Assembly: GCA_003971905.1 (NCBI GenBank)
Contig: RSEE01000089.1
Location: 248,001-288,136 of the forward strand
Source of the DNA: Moniliella sp. 'wahieum'
Taxonomy: Eukaryota
Direction: 5' to 3'
DNA length: 40,136 nucleotides
A program made the position numbers and the translations under genes. How positions within the stretch are numbered: position 1 is the stretch's first letter; every line of letters starts with the position of its first letter. The notes beneath the pieces were generated by a model, which saw only the letters and a list, made by a program, of their open reading frames with translations, had not been told where the DNA came from and made no database searches. Below are positions 24,169 to 35,674 of this stretch, one piece after another.

Positions 24169-25106
24169 TCGTACGATACAGCTTACCTGTCACGGGCTGC
24201 GGTGGACATGAGATGGTCCGACCCAAGCTAAGGTCCGCCTGCTCCGCACATGCCCAGTAGAGCGTGCTCCGCAGGCCAACCAAGTGTGATGATGGTTGGC
24301 TAAATTAAGTGCCGTGGCGGCGTCTGCCGTCCCGTCCCCGTTTCCGTTAAGTTCCTTTCTCGGTCGCGCCTGTGGCGATCAACCTCGCTTTGACATGTCT
24401 TCCTTTCTACACACCCCCTCAGCTCTTGTATCCGTTTCCCTTTTGATCTTGCCTGTACCCCTGGTTGATGGGGATTTTCCCCCACCTTCCATTCTCGTCT
24501 CGACCCTCTCGTCCTTTCCCACCTATCCTCTCCGCCGACTCCTGCCCGTTTTCCAGCCAATTGATCCAGTGCAGGCAGCTTGCTCTTGTTAGCGTCCGAC
24601 TTCTCCTCCGACCTCGTTCCCAGCCATTCGTCAGTCCAGCCGCGCGAGCCTTCCTTTGGTCGCGTCGATTCCCAGTCTCTATTCGGTCTCCGTTCAGGCA
24701 GTGTTTGTCCGCCGCTGCCTCATCCCGTCCCGAAGTCCCGAAGGCTTCAGACATGTTACTACGGCCCAAGCCGGTGCAGACGCAGCCTTGCCATACGTGC
24801 ATCCGCCCACTAAAGGCCTCTCCTCTCGTCCCTAGCTCCGCTCGGATTCACCAATCAGCCCAAGCCCGAAACTACCGTGTAAGTCGTCCTTCCGTCTCCT
24901 AAGGGATTGTACGCCAAGAACCTGGGCGAGCCCCCTGGCGGGCATCGCCCGTGACAGCTGTGGTGAAGAATAGCATATTGTATACTTACCCGCGAGTGCG
25001 GACATCCTGGTTATATGCAAAAGTGGGGAAATGTGAAAAGGTAACTCAAACAAAAGAACCATGCAGGTTTAGACCACCAATCGGTTCGCCCATAAAGCAC
25101 GTCAAG

Positions 25107-25160
25107 CCAAACTAGTACCGAACCAAACTAGGACCGATCCAAACTAGAATCGAACCAAAG
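25107..25160. repeat. Three 16-bp tandem repeats CCAAACTAG.A.CGA.
   Basis: ccaaactagtaccgaa / ccaaactaggaccgat / ccaaactagaatcgaa / ccaaag. Confidence 0.85.
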
Positions 25161-26298
25161 ATATGAGTATCAACCCAGGTGTGGTCCGATACTCAACACG
25201 TGTCCTCGGTTAAAGGAACGGCTTCTTTCCCTCTCAACATCTGAGGAGGAGGTGAAGGAGTGCACGCTTCCACGTGCGCCATCTCACCTTTCCACGTTTT
25301 AAAGCAATGAAGAGGTATGCCCTTTTCTTCTTCGGTCATTGCGCATACTATCGGCGTCAGGCCACGCCTGTGCCGACCATCCTTGGAGCCGGGATTGGAT
25401 ATTAATTGACCGCTCCTCCTTCCTTCAGTCTTTAGGCATACTATCCAAATGGGTTCTTGCTCACACCACGCCCCTCCGACTTTCTTCGAATGTCGAGGTT
25501 GCGAGTCAAGCCTCTTCTCTCTTTCGCACACCCTCATTCCTAGTTGTTCGTCGGAGGCGCGAGTCAAAGTCATATTGTGGGAGCGAGAAACGGACGTGGG
25601 TAGTAGAGGTGCTGTCGGCCCGCCGGCCAATGATCGCTTCTCAGCGCTCCTCTGGCCTGACAGCCAGGGTTCGCACGTCACAGGCACCGAGACTCTCCCA
25701 TTTTGTAGACCCCTGTAGCGACGTCTAAAGACTCTCTGACCCGGAAGACACCTATAATAGTTTCTCAAGTAAGAGCTATCCGTGAGTGACAATCAAGTAA
25801 CGAGGTGAGCGAGAGGTAAGGGAATGGGAAGGAGAGGTGGTGGCGAAGAGGGCTGTACAAGCTATGGGGCAGGAGGCGAACACGTGGCCTTCTGGCCTTC
25901 GACCCTGTACAAAGACAGTAGGAGGGCCCCAAAAAGCACACAATGAATAATAGTCTCGCGTCGCCATATCAGGTTATGGCATGGAGGCAAGTGTTTGGAA
26001 TATATCCGTAGCCACACCATTAACAAGGGAAGAACAGGATGGCTCCAGTATTGCTGATGCTACGTCTAAGTGGTATTACTACGAAGTGACGCTAGGAGGA
26101 TAGCGTGGTTACGGGGGGCGGAGTTCGTTTGGCAGGGGCGAGCATGCACATTGGGAGGGCTATGAGACGTAGCTGCTCATTGGCAGTGGGCGGTGGGGAC
26201 GGGGTGTCTTAGTACGGAAGGAGCGCTGGACGGGGGCTACGTGTGGGAAGTCACAGAAGGTGCGGGGGCGCAGGTGGAGAGGGGGAGGTGGCAAAAAG

Positions 26299-26357
26299 AA
26301 TGGCGGCACCGAAAATTCCCACATGTGCCTCTTTCACTGCGGTATATACTGAATAGT
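26299..26357 (-). pseudogene. 5S rRNA pseudogene, 3' half only
   Basis: Minus strand TTCAGTATATACCGCAGTGAAAGAGGCACATGTGGGAATTTTCGGTGCCGCCATT then CTTTTT. It resembles the basidiomycete 5S 3' half (CTCAGTTAGTACC.CGGTGGGGGACCACGCGGGAATCCT..GTGC) with a Pol III T-run. Confidence 0.65.
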
Positions 26358-28806
26358 GCGGATGGTCCCGGCAGGCGCGAGAGCAATGTCGAGCGAGTGG
26401 CGGGAGGGAACGCGGGGAAGGGCAACATAAGTGATATTGGTTCCTTCCCACAGTTCCCGCTTCTGCTAACATACTCCTCGCCACCGTAGACGGCACCAGT
26501 CAAATCTTCCCCGCTGGGTTGTGGGCCTGGAAACTCTCCGTATACACTGAGTGCCTTACATTTGCTCGTTCGCCTGTCGTGGTCACCGTCCCAACCTGAT
26601 TTCGTGAAAAGGAGGGTAATTGAGTGTTAAGGAGAGGGGAGGGCAGGGTTGATCGATGAAAGTGGGCGAGTGTATTCCCTTGTCTGGAGTTGGAAGATAG
26701 TTGTTGCGAGGCACAGTGGGTGAGCCAAAGATGCCAGTCACAGTCTCCCTCCTCCTTATGCCGTCGGTGAGGCCACCTCCGAGGGGCGGTCCAGTCTAGA
26801 TTTGGCTTGGCCATTGGCTCACGAGCGCTGCCTTTGGAATAGCGTAGGTGGACCTTGACTTGATTTGGATCGAAACTGCTGTTCAGCGGCTTCGGCGACC
26901 CGGTTGCAGCCGACCGGCGCCGGACTTAAAGCGTGTGAGCCAGCACTGCGATGCGCGCTCCCCCTTGCCTCGTCTCTGTGCATTACGGTGGGCCGCACGG
27001 TTGCGCCTGCACCCGGACTGGTGGGGACGGAGTAGGTGGTGGTGGTGGTGGAGGATGAGCGGATTACGGCGCTCAACCGGGCTAGTAACCACTTTCGAGG
27101 GTTGAATATTGAATCGACACAGCCAGCCGCTGTGATTCACGACGTGCGATACAAGCGACGCATATCTCGCCCACACCAATAAGCACCACCCGCCGCGCGT
27201 CTGCTGTAACCTGCCCCTCCCGCCTTGCACCCGACCCACGTCCTGCCTCGGGACCGGATCGACATCTCACTACGCAACATCGCCTCGTTCTCCTCGCCCT
27301 TAGGCGTAGATGAGGGGAACAACAGTCAGGTAGGGTGTGGTTCTTATGCATTCCATGCCGACCGTCTGTGCGAGAGGATGGAAGTACGAAGAAAACCGCA
27401 GGGAGCCCGTGAGTGCGGTCCCTCACGCTGCAACCAGAGCCAGCCATCCCACAAACATGCCCCTCAACAAGCAAGGACGACAGACTTTCGGCCCAGCTCT
27501 GGCAATCGGCGGCGTGATGGAAACGGGGGTCTGGACCGGACCTCACCATTTTCGGGTACTGACACATTCTCACACGCGTCCTGAGGGCGAGGTTGATGGA
27601 TCGAGCCACCTTCTTACCCCACATGACAGAGCAAAACGAGGCCACCAGACCAATTTGACTGGACTCACTGCCACAGCAGTACAACAAAAGTGCCTTGGAC
27701 ACATCGACCAAATTAGTGCACGCATCCAGAACGTTCTGCGGATACACGTCTTGCTCGTCTTGCATTCTTGGGCAGTCCGAGGACTGCGAATCCCTAGTCC
27801 GGTTCCTAGGCTGTGGGTTTGCGACATGATCCGGAGAGAATTAAAGCAAAAGCGCCTTTTGATCCATGCCTTACCGGGATGGTGCGTTTGGATGGGGTTA
27901 TATCCTTATACCTTATAGCTCGCACAGCGGAAGTGCAACCTCAGGCGTAGTCACCCGTAGGGAAGACCAAGGGAACAGAGCTAGTAGGCACCCGTTGCAC
28001 AAGGATTGTATGTTGGCGCTTTGCTTTGGGCTCCGTGTCGAACAAGGTGTTCATCTCGTTACATAGCGCGTGTGCCGGAGGACGGCGGCGAGCGGTCCGG
28101 CGTTCCTCCCGCATAAGCCATGCCAGGGGACAAACTGTGCTGCGGATGGTCGCAGCAGGCGCGAAAGCGATTTCGAGGTAGTGGCGGGAGGGGACGAGGG
28201 GGGAAGGGCAACATAAGCTGACCATGCAGAGGAGTATGAGGCGGGGATACCCACATATCGCAAGCTTTGGCCCTGGACTTTTTGATAGTCATTATGTCAA
28301 CTGACAGGGGCAATGGGGATGTATAACAGCTGTGAATAGGGCAGTCGCCATCGAGAGGCGGGAGACGGTCATGAGCGGACCGGTGGTCGTTCCCGAGCTG
28401 ACAAACGATGGAAGGTTGACCGGGGTGGAACGAAAATGAGACTGGCATGCCAGTGACCAACTCTGCACCGGGTTAGGACGTCATTTCACCGCCTCCGCCT
28501 CTTTCCTCGTTCTCTTCCCTACAGCCACTGATCACCTTCGGCCACCCACCAACGGACTCGTGTGCTGCGCTCGTTCTTTACCGTCAACGGATCAACATGT
28601 CCTGGTAAGCCCCGACTCCAACGGTTCATGACCCTTGTTGCGTTCCTTGTTTCGGCCTTGTTTGTGGCTTGTGTTTTTTCGAAATGAGATTGGTTCCTTC
28701 CCACGTTTCCGACCTCTGCCAACGTACACTTCGCCACCGTAACGGCACGACTCGAATCTTCTCCATTCGGTGTTGTGGGCCTGGGGCAATCCGTATGCAG
28801 TACCTT

Positions 28807-28894
28807 ACATATGCTCGTTCGCGGCTGTCACATATGCTCGTTCGCGGCTGTCACATATGCTCGTTCGCCTGTCACATATGCTCGTTCGCCTGTC
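28807..28894. repeat. 4x tandem 21-23-bp repeat ACATATGCTCGTTCGC(GG)CTGTC
   Basis: Units at 28807, 28830, 28853 and 28874; a single copy lies in the paralogous block at 26558-26578. Confidence 0.95.
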
Positions 28895-29929
28895 GTGGTC
28901 AGAACAGGGTAGCAGGAATGTACTGGAGGCAACGCGGTGCAGGATGAGGGAGGGATGATGCGTGTTGCGGTAGGGATGAACTGTAGACTCCCAGCACCGG
29001 CTCGAGGTTTGGGGAAAAGGAGGGTAATGGAGGGTCCAGGAGAGGGGAAGACAGGGATGAGGGTGGACAAGTGTATTCCCTTGGCTGGAGTTGGAAGATA
29101 GGTGTTGCGAGGCGCTGAGGGAGACAAAGATGGTCATGGTCTCCCCCTTTCCTACACCCTCGGCGAGGGCCACACTTGAGGGGCGGTCCAGTATGGATTT
29201 GGTTTGTTCACAGCCGCGCAGCCGCTGCTTTTGGAATGGTGTTGGTGGGCCGACTTGATTTGGATCAGGACCGCTGGTCAGCGGCTTCGGCGGCCCGGGT
29301 TCAGCTTGCCTCCGGTGTACCGGCACCGCCACGCGCGTTCTCCCCCACATCGTGTCTGTGCATCACGCTCGGGGGCCACGGTCGTGCGAGCGCCCCGAAT
29401 TGCATGCCGTGGGTAAGGAATACGAGAAGGATCGGCAGGAGTTGGACTGGCGGGGATGGAGTGGGAGGGGGCGATGGTGGAGACGGACGTGGTGGGCGTT
29501 CGACGCTCAACCGGGTTACCCACTTTTGTTGGGTCGAATCGGCCGCCAGCCCTGCATTGCTTCATTCGCGCAATTTACCACGACGCAAGCGACCTCCACC
29601 GTCCGCATCGACAAGCAAAACACTCGCCGGGCGTCTGCTGCCCCACCGCCAGCTGCCCTCCTTGTCCCCGATCCCGCCCCATCGCGTCCAGACACCAAAG
29701 ACATCCGACTATATACCATCCGCTTGCCCCCCACACCCTTCGGTGTGGATCCAAGAAAAAGCCGCGTTCTAAGGGGTTCTCATGCATTACACACTGGCCG
29801 CTTGGGAGGATGGACGTACGAAGCAATGCGCAGGCAACCCGTTAGTGCTGTCACTAAGGTCGCTCACGACACAATCAAGCTAGAGTCATGATCAACTAAC
29901 ACGCCCCGCAACCATGACCGTCAGAAACA

Positions 29930-31920
29930 CTTAACCCTTGCCCCACGTCTGGCACATCAGCTCTTTATGCGCGTTCGGCCGCCTACCATCGTCCACCGCG
30001 GCTCTGTAACCAGGCCGTGATGGGAAGAGACCTTGGGCCAGCCTCATCGTTTTCGGGCACCTACATACCCTCCATAGAGTGCTGGTGGCGCGGTGACGGT
30101 GGAACAGCCTACTCCCCACCAATGCGAAATGTAAGCAACTTGGGCCCCGCAGAGAACATGAACCACGTGCACACCGACCAAATTGGCGCACCGGGCCCAA
30201 CCTAGGTCGGTAACCCAGAGAGGCGGGCACCGCGACCAAGCACATCACGAAGGAACAGTCAACATCAGTCAGCGTCTCATCCAGCAGGCCGTACACTCCA
30301 TGACTGACCCACATTCCTTGGGCTGGAGCGAGGCGATCTGCAGGTGCGCAACCCCGTCTTCCTCGGCACCAGGTCGCGGCAGAAGCTGGCCAAGATTCGA
30401 CCCACATCTTCCTAATGGTCATCGATATCTTGCAACGCCTGTCCGGTGTTCTCATCACCCACGCCCCCGGTCACCGTAGACAGCGGGTCCTGGCCACCCG
30501 CCACCATTCGAGCTTGTCATTGCCTGGAGAAGTGTTTGATTGGCGGCGGAGGAAATGCCGCTCAGTATAGCGTGGCGATCACTTGCTTCATCCATCGGCT
30601 ATTGTCCTGCGCCTAGCGTATTGGTACCTGTTTGGCGGCCTGGTCAGTACGTCACTGGAGAACAAGAGTTGGGTGGTCCCGTACATGATGAACAGCAAGT
30701 GGATCTAGTAGCAGTGTCAATGTGGCGCAGAAAAGAGGGAAACTGTATTGGCACGTCTCGCACTTCGGCGCGGACGAATGTCCGAAATGAATAGGGTGGT
30801 GCTATAGACTTGTCGCATACGAACAGGCTCCAAAAGCGGACCGACGAGATGTCCCACCGCCTCACAGAGTGCCTTGATGGAAGCGTCAACACCATCTTGG
30901 TCGCAGCACCACCGCAGGGGACAGGTGCGATATGAGCCCATTCGCATCAGGGATACCAGCAGGCCCACTGCAATGGAAGGCACCATATGCAACCCCGTCT
31001 TACCAGTGCCTTGAATAGAAGCAACAGAAATACCACCACTGTTGGCACTCGAAAGCCTAAGCCACCCATACGGGTTGGCAAGGAGAAAAGAGCTTTGTCC
31101 CACCTCAGACCAGCCGCAACACTCTCAGATCCGCCCCTCCCGGATTGCCTTCACATCACGCCAGTGCTACTTGTTCATCTGCTGGAGCTGGTCAGCCGGA
31201 TCCTCCGCCCTCATCGAACGGGGCAGGTGCCGAATATTCGGTTGCAGAGCCCCCCGCAACAAAGCAGCCGGTCCTGCAGCGGCAACCCGTGCAACGAGGG
31301 CGCAGAGCCGCCTGTGGCCCAACCTCACCGCCGCGTCGTCCGCCCTAGGACGCCTGCTTTGACCTGGCGGTGCGCAGGCGGCAAATCATCGATCGCTGGT
31401 GGCCAGGCCCCCTCGGGATCGGCCCTGAGGGAGGGGCAAACGTCGATCGAGGAGCCTCCCTGCCTGCCCGCCGTCGGAAGGAGCAAGCAGGTTAAACGCA
31501 TCGCGATCGTTGAGATGATCTAGATAGGTAATTCCCAAGCGACCCGTGGCCTGCTTGAATAGACGTGGCACCATCGTGCTGCCAGGGCGCGAGGCTGCTG
31601 TGCGCTGCATCACTCGAATGGTCCTGAATCGGAACGCCAGGTTTTGTCCGCTTCGTTGGCAAGTTTGGGCTGAGTCCACGACTGCCTGGCGTAGCGGCTG
31701 TCGGTGTTACGCGAGTTCCCGCCGGACGCGGGCGCCCTCATAACGGCAGGCCACACGATTCGCCACGATCTCCAGGCGGTGGGCAAGGCGGATAAGAAGG
31801 AGGTGGTGGAGATGGAGAAGGAATCAGTTCAACTTGGCCGTGTCAGGAGGCGCCAGCGGCTTGTTGGTTCACCCGCCACAGGATCGTTTCAAGTTTCAAT
31901 CGTGCAATCAGTCCTGCTCG
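29930..31920 (+). mobile_element. Probable decayed 3' part of an L1/Tx1-clade non-LTR retrotransposon
   Basis: A non-repeated 2-kb block between spacer copies. At 31596-31670 it reads CCALHHSNGPESERQ(fs)FCPLRWQVW, resembling the zf-RVT knuckle CxxC..ES..H...CP....VW. Many stops. Confidence 0.35.
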
Positions 31921-31948
31921 GGTGACCGGTGACCGGTGACCGGTGACC
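31921..31948. repeat. (GGTGACC)4 heptamer repeat
   Basis: ggtgaccggtgaccggtgaccggtgacc. Confidence 0.95.
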
Positions 31949-34900
31949 CCAGCCGCCTCCATCGCCCAGACGAACCAGTTCGGTAAGCACCGCTCGGACT
32001 GCGTCTTTTGCCACCGCCAGCTGGCGTTTGTCCTGCTCCCGACCCACACATCCCGCCCAGAGACGGGATCAACATCCCACTACGCACCATCGCCTCGTTC
32101 CCCTCGCTCTTGGGCGTAGACCAGAGGAACAACAGTCGGGTAGGGTGTGGTTCTCATGCATTCCATGCCGACCGGCTGTTTAGGGGATGGACGTACGAAG
32201 AAAATCGCAGGGAACCCGTGAGTGCGGTCCCTCACGTCGCGAGCCAGAGCCGACCATCACACAAACATGGGCCTCAAGTAGGACGACCGAAACAAGGCTT
32301 CATCCCGTCCAGCCCACGAGGTCTTGGGGCGCGCCCGGCCCACTCCACGCGCTGGCTACTTTCGGCCCAGCTTTGGCTTGGCAATCGGCGGTGTGACCGG
32401 AGCGGGAGTCGGCAACGGACCTCACCATTTTCGGGTACGGTCCTGATGGCGAGGTTGGTGGGTTGAGTCTCCTTACGCCAAACGTCAGAGCAAAAAATGG
32501 CCACCACACCAATTTGACTGAACTCGCTGCCATACTGCTCGAAGAGTCGTACACCAAGAGTGCTTTGGACACATTGGTGGCCAAAGTAGAGCACACAGTC
32601 CAGAACGCTCTGCGGATACACATCTTGCTCTTCTTGCATTCTTGGGCAGCCAAAGCACCGCGAATGCCTAGTCCGGCTCCAAGGCCGTGGGTTTGGCAAC
32701 ATGGTCGGCAGGGAAATCAAGCAAAAGCGCCTTGATCCATGTCCTACAGGGGTGGTGCGTTTGGGCGGGGTGATCCTTATACCTTTGCTCGCGCAGCGCA
32801 AGAGTCCGAGCGGCAAGGAAAATGAGGAATGACAACCAACGCTTGCTCTCCACTGGCAGTATGCCAAAGCAGCCCTGGACTAACCACAGGCGTAGCCACT
32901 CTCAAGGAAGACCAAGGGAACAGAGTTAGACACCCGTTACACTAAAATTGTACGTTGGTACGTTGCTTTGGCCTCCGCGTCGAACAAGGTGATCATCTCC
33001 TTCTTGCATAGCGCGTGTGCCGACGGGGCGGCAACGAGTGGATGGCAGACACGACGTAGGATAGGCGTCGCGCGTCTTGTCCCCGAAGGACCAAAGGTGC
33101 TAGGCCGTTCAATATGGATGGGTTCTTTGGAGCACCTGCGTTAGCCATCGTATTCTCAGCGCGGGTAACAGTGGCGTGGGAGCGTCCAATTCGCTCCGGA
33201 TTGTTGGATGGGTCGGGCTCTACCATAGTGGCTGGAATGTCCTGCGACCCAGTCATGACCCCGTGGTTAGGAAACGTGAGCGGTTTTCACATGTCCCTTC
33301 CTGGCCAAAGCCCAACCAGGGCCTTCCGTACCCACCGAAGGGAGAGCGGTGCGCGCACTTGCCTTGCGAGGACGTCTGCCCTTCGTCAAGTAGAGCAGTT
33401 CTTGCGCTTTCACCGCGTAAGCGTCGCATGCCTGTGAATAAGAGGCATTGATGCCGCCAGTTTCCTTGTTGTGTAAGTACGTCCTTTGCAATTACTGCTG
33501 GTGTTGTTTCGTCGTCTGAGTCGGTTGTCCGTATTTCGCTCCACAAGAGGGCACAAGATAGTGTGGCCAACGTACCATCACCACAATCTGGGCCAGTAAG
33601 TTTTTGGCGAAATGCATGGAGCACCAAGTGTTGCAGAGATACCGCCCAGATTGGTAGCAGCTAATCACATCGTTGCTCGCGGCGGCAACGGTGGCCACAT
33701 GAGCACAGCACTGCACGCAAACAGTACCAACATCGACCCACAATGACATGAAAATAGCAGCATTGCCATACGTCATGACATGCGGGCAAGTCGACAAGTA
33801 TATACGTAATTCGTGCAAGGAGGACGGGCTGCACGGGATGAAGCACTAGGAGGCGCGTCGCACGTTTGCCCCACCGCACCAACCAAAGAAGGGAATTCCA
33901 CTTTCGAGGGGCGCGGCATCTTGGAAGAGTTGACATAAAAGTAAAAGGACATACAGGCAGCAATCATGGAGCCAGAACATCAAACATTCCTTGCGCCGGC
34001 GTTTGAAGATAGTGGTCACAACGTATGCATGCCCCTCCAGAGCATCCACATATAGCACGCAGCCCCAGGCCACGTCAAAAACAAGTACAGAGGACGGCGC
34101 ACTTTCGTGGGTGTCAAAGAAAATACAGAGAACCTGGCGATGCGCAGGAAGGCTCCGGGGCACATTGGCCATCCCTAGTCGACAGGGAAAACGTAGAACA
34201 GGGGAACACATGCGTGGTCAAGAGGCGATGTGTGTTGCTAAATGGCCATGCCACCTCCTTCTTCCCAGACGTTCCGAGTAGACGCAGTTGTAGCACAGTC
34301 CCTTGTCTTCCGAGTTCGGTGGGGGCGAGGATTGCTGCAAGCACTGCATGTATACAGCCGATGAGTAAGCTGACTTTCGTATGTTCTTTTTGGGACGTGT
34401 GTGTCGGCGGGTGAAAGGAATGCGAAGTGGTCTCGATGCTTCGCGCCGGGTTGGTACAAATAACGCTCACAGTTTGAACAAAGCGGCGATAAGGATGAAA
34501 TGCTCAGCAGCCCCTCTGGAAACGAACATGCTCGTGGGCACTGCTCCATCCCGCTTGTTTTGAGAGGAGGGGATTGAGCACCTGCTTCGGCGAATGGAGC
34601 CCTGGCTTTGTACCCACGATACCTCGAAAGGTCTCACATTGATCGCGCCGCCGAGGTCAGCAGGGCCAACGCGCATGCTGAAAGTGCTGGCCGGAACAAT
34701 GGCTTGGCATACGCGGTGGTGGTGGTGGTGGGCAAAGGGAGCAGGCGGACAGCCCAGACCAACAGCGATGCCAACCCTGTCGATGCATGTGCACGGGCTC
34801 ATCGGCAGTAGGGTTGGGATTAGATCAGCAGCCACACTATCAACACCTAAGGGAAGAAGGTATAATTCCAGAATCGCTGGTGTTGCATTCAAGTGGTGTT

Positions 34901-35146
34901 AGTACGAAAAGAAGAGGGTGGGTATGAGTACCACTGGGCGGAGAGTCAGGGCGGGGGGGGGGGGGGGTCGGTCGTTTGGGCAGGGCGAGTGTGCAATGTT
35001 GGGGTATACTGTATGGCGTGTAGCTGCTCACTGGTGGGGCGGTGGGGACGGGGGCTCTTATTAGTACGCATGGGGGCTCTGGACGGGGCTACATGGGCTG
35101 AAGAGGGGCGTGAGGGCTCAACTGGAACGGAAGAGGACACAGAAAG

Positions 35147-35279
35147 AATGGCGGCACCGAGGATTCCCACATGTGAATCTCTTCTATCGCTGTGTATATA
35201 ATGACTGGGTTATACTGTCTTGACCGTCTTACAGATTGGACGGGATACGGTCACGCCTACACAGATCTATGACTGCCGT
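35147..35279 (-). pseudogene. Full-length degenerate 5S rRNA gene, co-oriented with the large rRNA unit
   Basis: Minus strand ACGGCAGTCATAG...ACCGTATCCCGTCCAATCTG...CACATGTGGGAATCCTCGGTGCCGCCATT, compared with basidiomycete 5S GGCCATAG...ACCGCATCCCGTCCGATCTG...GGGAATCCT..GTGC. Length 133 nt; helix I has two A.C mismatches. Confidence 0.75.
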
Positions 35280-35602
35280 TGGTGGTAGCAGTAGTATAGG
35301 GGTAAATGGGGCATGCATTGGTTTCTATGGATACGAGGAGCGGCCCCGTGGGAAGACACCGCCTGGATGGCCTTCCGCAACAGTATATATTCACAAGTCA
35401 GTATCTGCAGGGGTCAGCTTACGCGCAAGTCGGAAGAGAGCCAGTATATCCACATGTCTCTGAACCTTACAGGGGGATCGGTAACAAATACGCAACAGGA
35501 GCAAGGGGATGAGACCCCACGGCAAATTCACTGTCTTTTCCACTCTTTTTTCTTTGCCAATTTGTCGTATGGATCGGTAGGGTTGGCTTGCAGGGTGCAA
35601 AG

Positions 35603-35630
35603 CCCCCCTCTCTCCGAAGAGAGAGGGGGG
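35603..35630 (-). terminator. Perfect 12-bp hairpin with C(UUCG)G loop, probable 3'-ETS processing/termination element
   Basis: Minus strand CCCCCCTCTCTC-TTCG-GAGAGAGGGGGG, about 10 nt past a 28S-3'-end-like GATGTTTGT. Confidence 0.5.
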
Positions 35631-35674
35631 GATCAGAGACAAACATCTCAAACGGGACTGCGAGCAGCCTCCAC

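Larger units (their letters stand above)
25200..35600 (-). repeat. Diverged, rearranged head-to-tail array interpreted as decayed rDNA intergenic spacer copies
   Basis: Same-orientation homologous blocks: 26010-26350 with 34830-35200; 26358-26433 with 28142-28220; 26437-27440 with 28690-29860; 27180-28090 with 31985-33035. Weaker similarity of 25200-26010 to ~33960-34830. Contains 5S relics and adjoins the 28S 3' end. Confidence 0.7.

Noticed and set aside
24419..24802. Possible hAT dimerisation-domain fragment (RRSRTLTRASCLHW)
   Set aside because: Similarity too weak and the ERxFS motif is absent.
28807..28894. CRISPR-like short repeats
   Set aside because: Units abut with no spacers; eukaryotic context; no cas genes.
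33250..34470. Hydrophobic minus-strand ORF fragments suggesting a membrane protein
   Set aside because: No family motif, many stops, and the region appears to be part of the repeated spacer unit.
34946..35200. TATATA box plus signal-peptide-like ORF (GILGAAIL) suggesting an effector family
   Set aside because: The same bases align to the 3' half of 5S rRNA.
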